Positions 55,008-55,549 of a DNA stretch of 55,549 nt are shown here, piece by piece. This DNA comes from Clostridia bacterium (GTDB lineage Bacteria; Bacillota; Clostridia; Oscillospirales; Acutalibacteraceae), in NCBI GenBank assembly GCA_035647435.1, contig DASRNM010000014.1, forward strand, positions 1 to 55,549, in the 5' to 3' direction. The translations under genes and the position numbers were made by a program. Below the pieces are notes generated by a model. That model did no database searches and had not been told where the DNA came from. It worked only from the letters and a program-made list of their open reading frames with translations. Positions within the stretch are counted from its first letter, which is position 1. Each line of letters begins with the position of its first letter.

Positions 55008-55463
55008 TCAATATAAGTTTCTGTATATATTTTCTGCTTTATTAACCTTTTTTACATAATATTCCGTGTCTCGATAAGGAATACTATCAAGAGTAACACC
55101 ATCAGTGGAAAAATCGGGGTTGTCAAGCCACTCATTCACCCTCCCTCTGCCTGCATGATATGCGGCAAGGGCGGTGTTCTTGTTTTCAAATTCATCAAGT
55201 AGCAACTTCAAGAAATATGCGCCGTATTTAACATTGAGGTCTGCATCGTTGCAGTCAAGAACTAAATGCTCCCCGCCCATTTTCATTTGTAGCCATTCAA
55301 AAGTTTCAGGCGTAATCTGCATAAGACCTTGAGCACCTGCTGAAGAAAGAGCGTCGGTTTTAAACGAACTTTCTGTTTTTATGACGGCGTACAAAAATTC
55401 TTTTTCTAAATCATATTCCAAGGGCGCGTTGTAAAATGAAGTTGCAATAATAAAAGAATCCAT
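55008..55463 (-). CDS. Lytic transglycosylase (SLT) domain protein, apparently lacking an N-terminal signal or anchor
   Basis: AVIKTESSFKTDALSSAGAQGLMQITPETF (catalytic ES motif plus GLMQ) and AYHAGRGRV. There is an in-frame stop at 55500-55502 upstream of ATG 55463. Confidence 0.75.
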   Translation of the reverse strand: MDSFIIATSFYNAPLEYDLEKEFLYAVIKTESSFKTDALSSAGAQGLMQITPETFEWLQMKMGGEHLVLDCNDADLNVKYGAYFLKLLLDEFENKNTALAAYHAGRGRVNEWLDNPDFSTDGVTLDSIPYRDTEYYVKKVNKAENIYRNLY

Positions 55464-55549
55464 AGTAACGATCCTGTGGTAGAATAAATCTGCTACAAAT
55501 CATTCTGAAAGGATCATCACTATGGACAATCCAAATTATACAACAGAGC

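Noticed and set aside
1-55549. CRISPR arrays, rRNA/tRNA genes, IS elements, integrases and phage genes
   Set aside because: No evenly spaced direct repeats, no rRNA- or tRNA-like sequence, and no transposase or recombinase-like ORF appeared in any frame. The EPS locus therefore cannot be called a mobile island from this window.

Overview
This window looks like a low-to-moderate GC Firmicutes/Clostridia chromosome segment. The indicators are strong GGAGG Shine-Dalgarno sites, frequent GTG/TTG starts, and a KOW-domain gene between map and infA. I see four blocks. (1) 1-5.5 kb holds cell-envelope genes: a partial acyltransferase_3, a lipoprotein, an IPQTG-anchored surface protein, a metallophosphoesterase and a D-Ala-D-Ala carboxypeptidase. 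(2) 5.6-19.3 kb is mostly housekeeping: amidohydrolase, Na+/alanine symporter, nadE, mltG, an SDR, typA and ribF. It also holds a self-contained three-gene unit of a CofE-like ligase, an XRE/cupin regulator and an acyl-CoA synthetase, plus a few small orphan genes. (3) 19.3-38.2 kb is a roughly 19 kb, visibly AT-richer, co-directional exopolysaccharide/capsule locus of 17 tightly packed genes. These are a CapD/PglF-type dehydratase, a small PglC-type phosphoglycosyl transferase, about nine glycosyltransferases, an EpsG-type polymerase, an O-acetyltransferase, a membrane-anchored GH88/GH105-like hydrolase, a CpsB phosphatase, a fused Wzz/BY-kinase with a very long Gly-Tyr tail, and a DegT aminotransferase. 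(4) 38.2-53.5 kb is the complete S10-spc-alpha ribosomal protein cluster (rpsJ to rplQ, with secY, map, infA, rpmJ and rpoA but no adk). It follows a near-consensus promoter and a structured leader of about 320 nt. After it come an M18 aminopeptidase and an SLT-domain protein, both on the minus strand. I found no rRNA, tRNA, CRISPR array, transposase or integrase. The points most worth follow-up are the atypical architecture of the EPS locus (regulatory module at the 3' end, no Wzx or LCP gene, an embedded GH88/105-like hydrolase, a hypertrophied (GY)n kinase tail), the S10 leader, and the CofE-like three-gene unit. All family assignments come from motif recognition by eye; I ran no database search.
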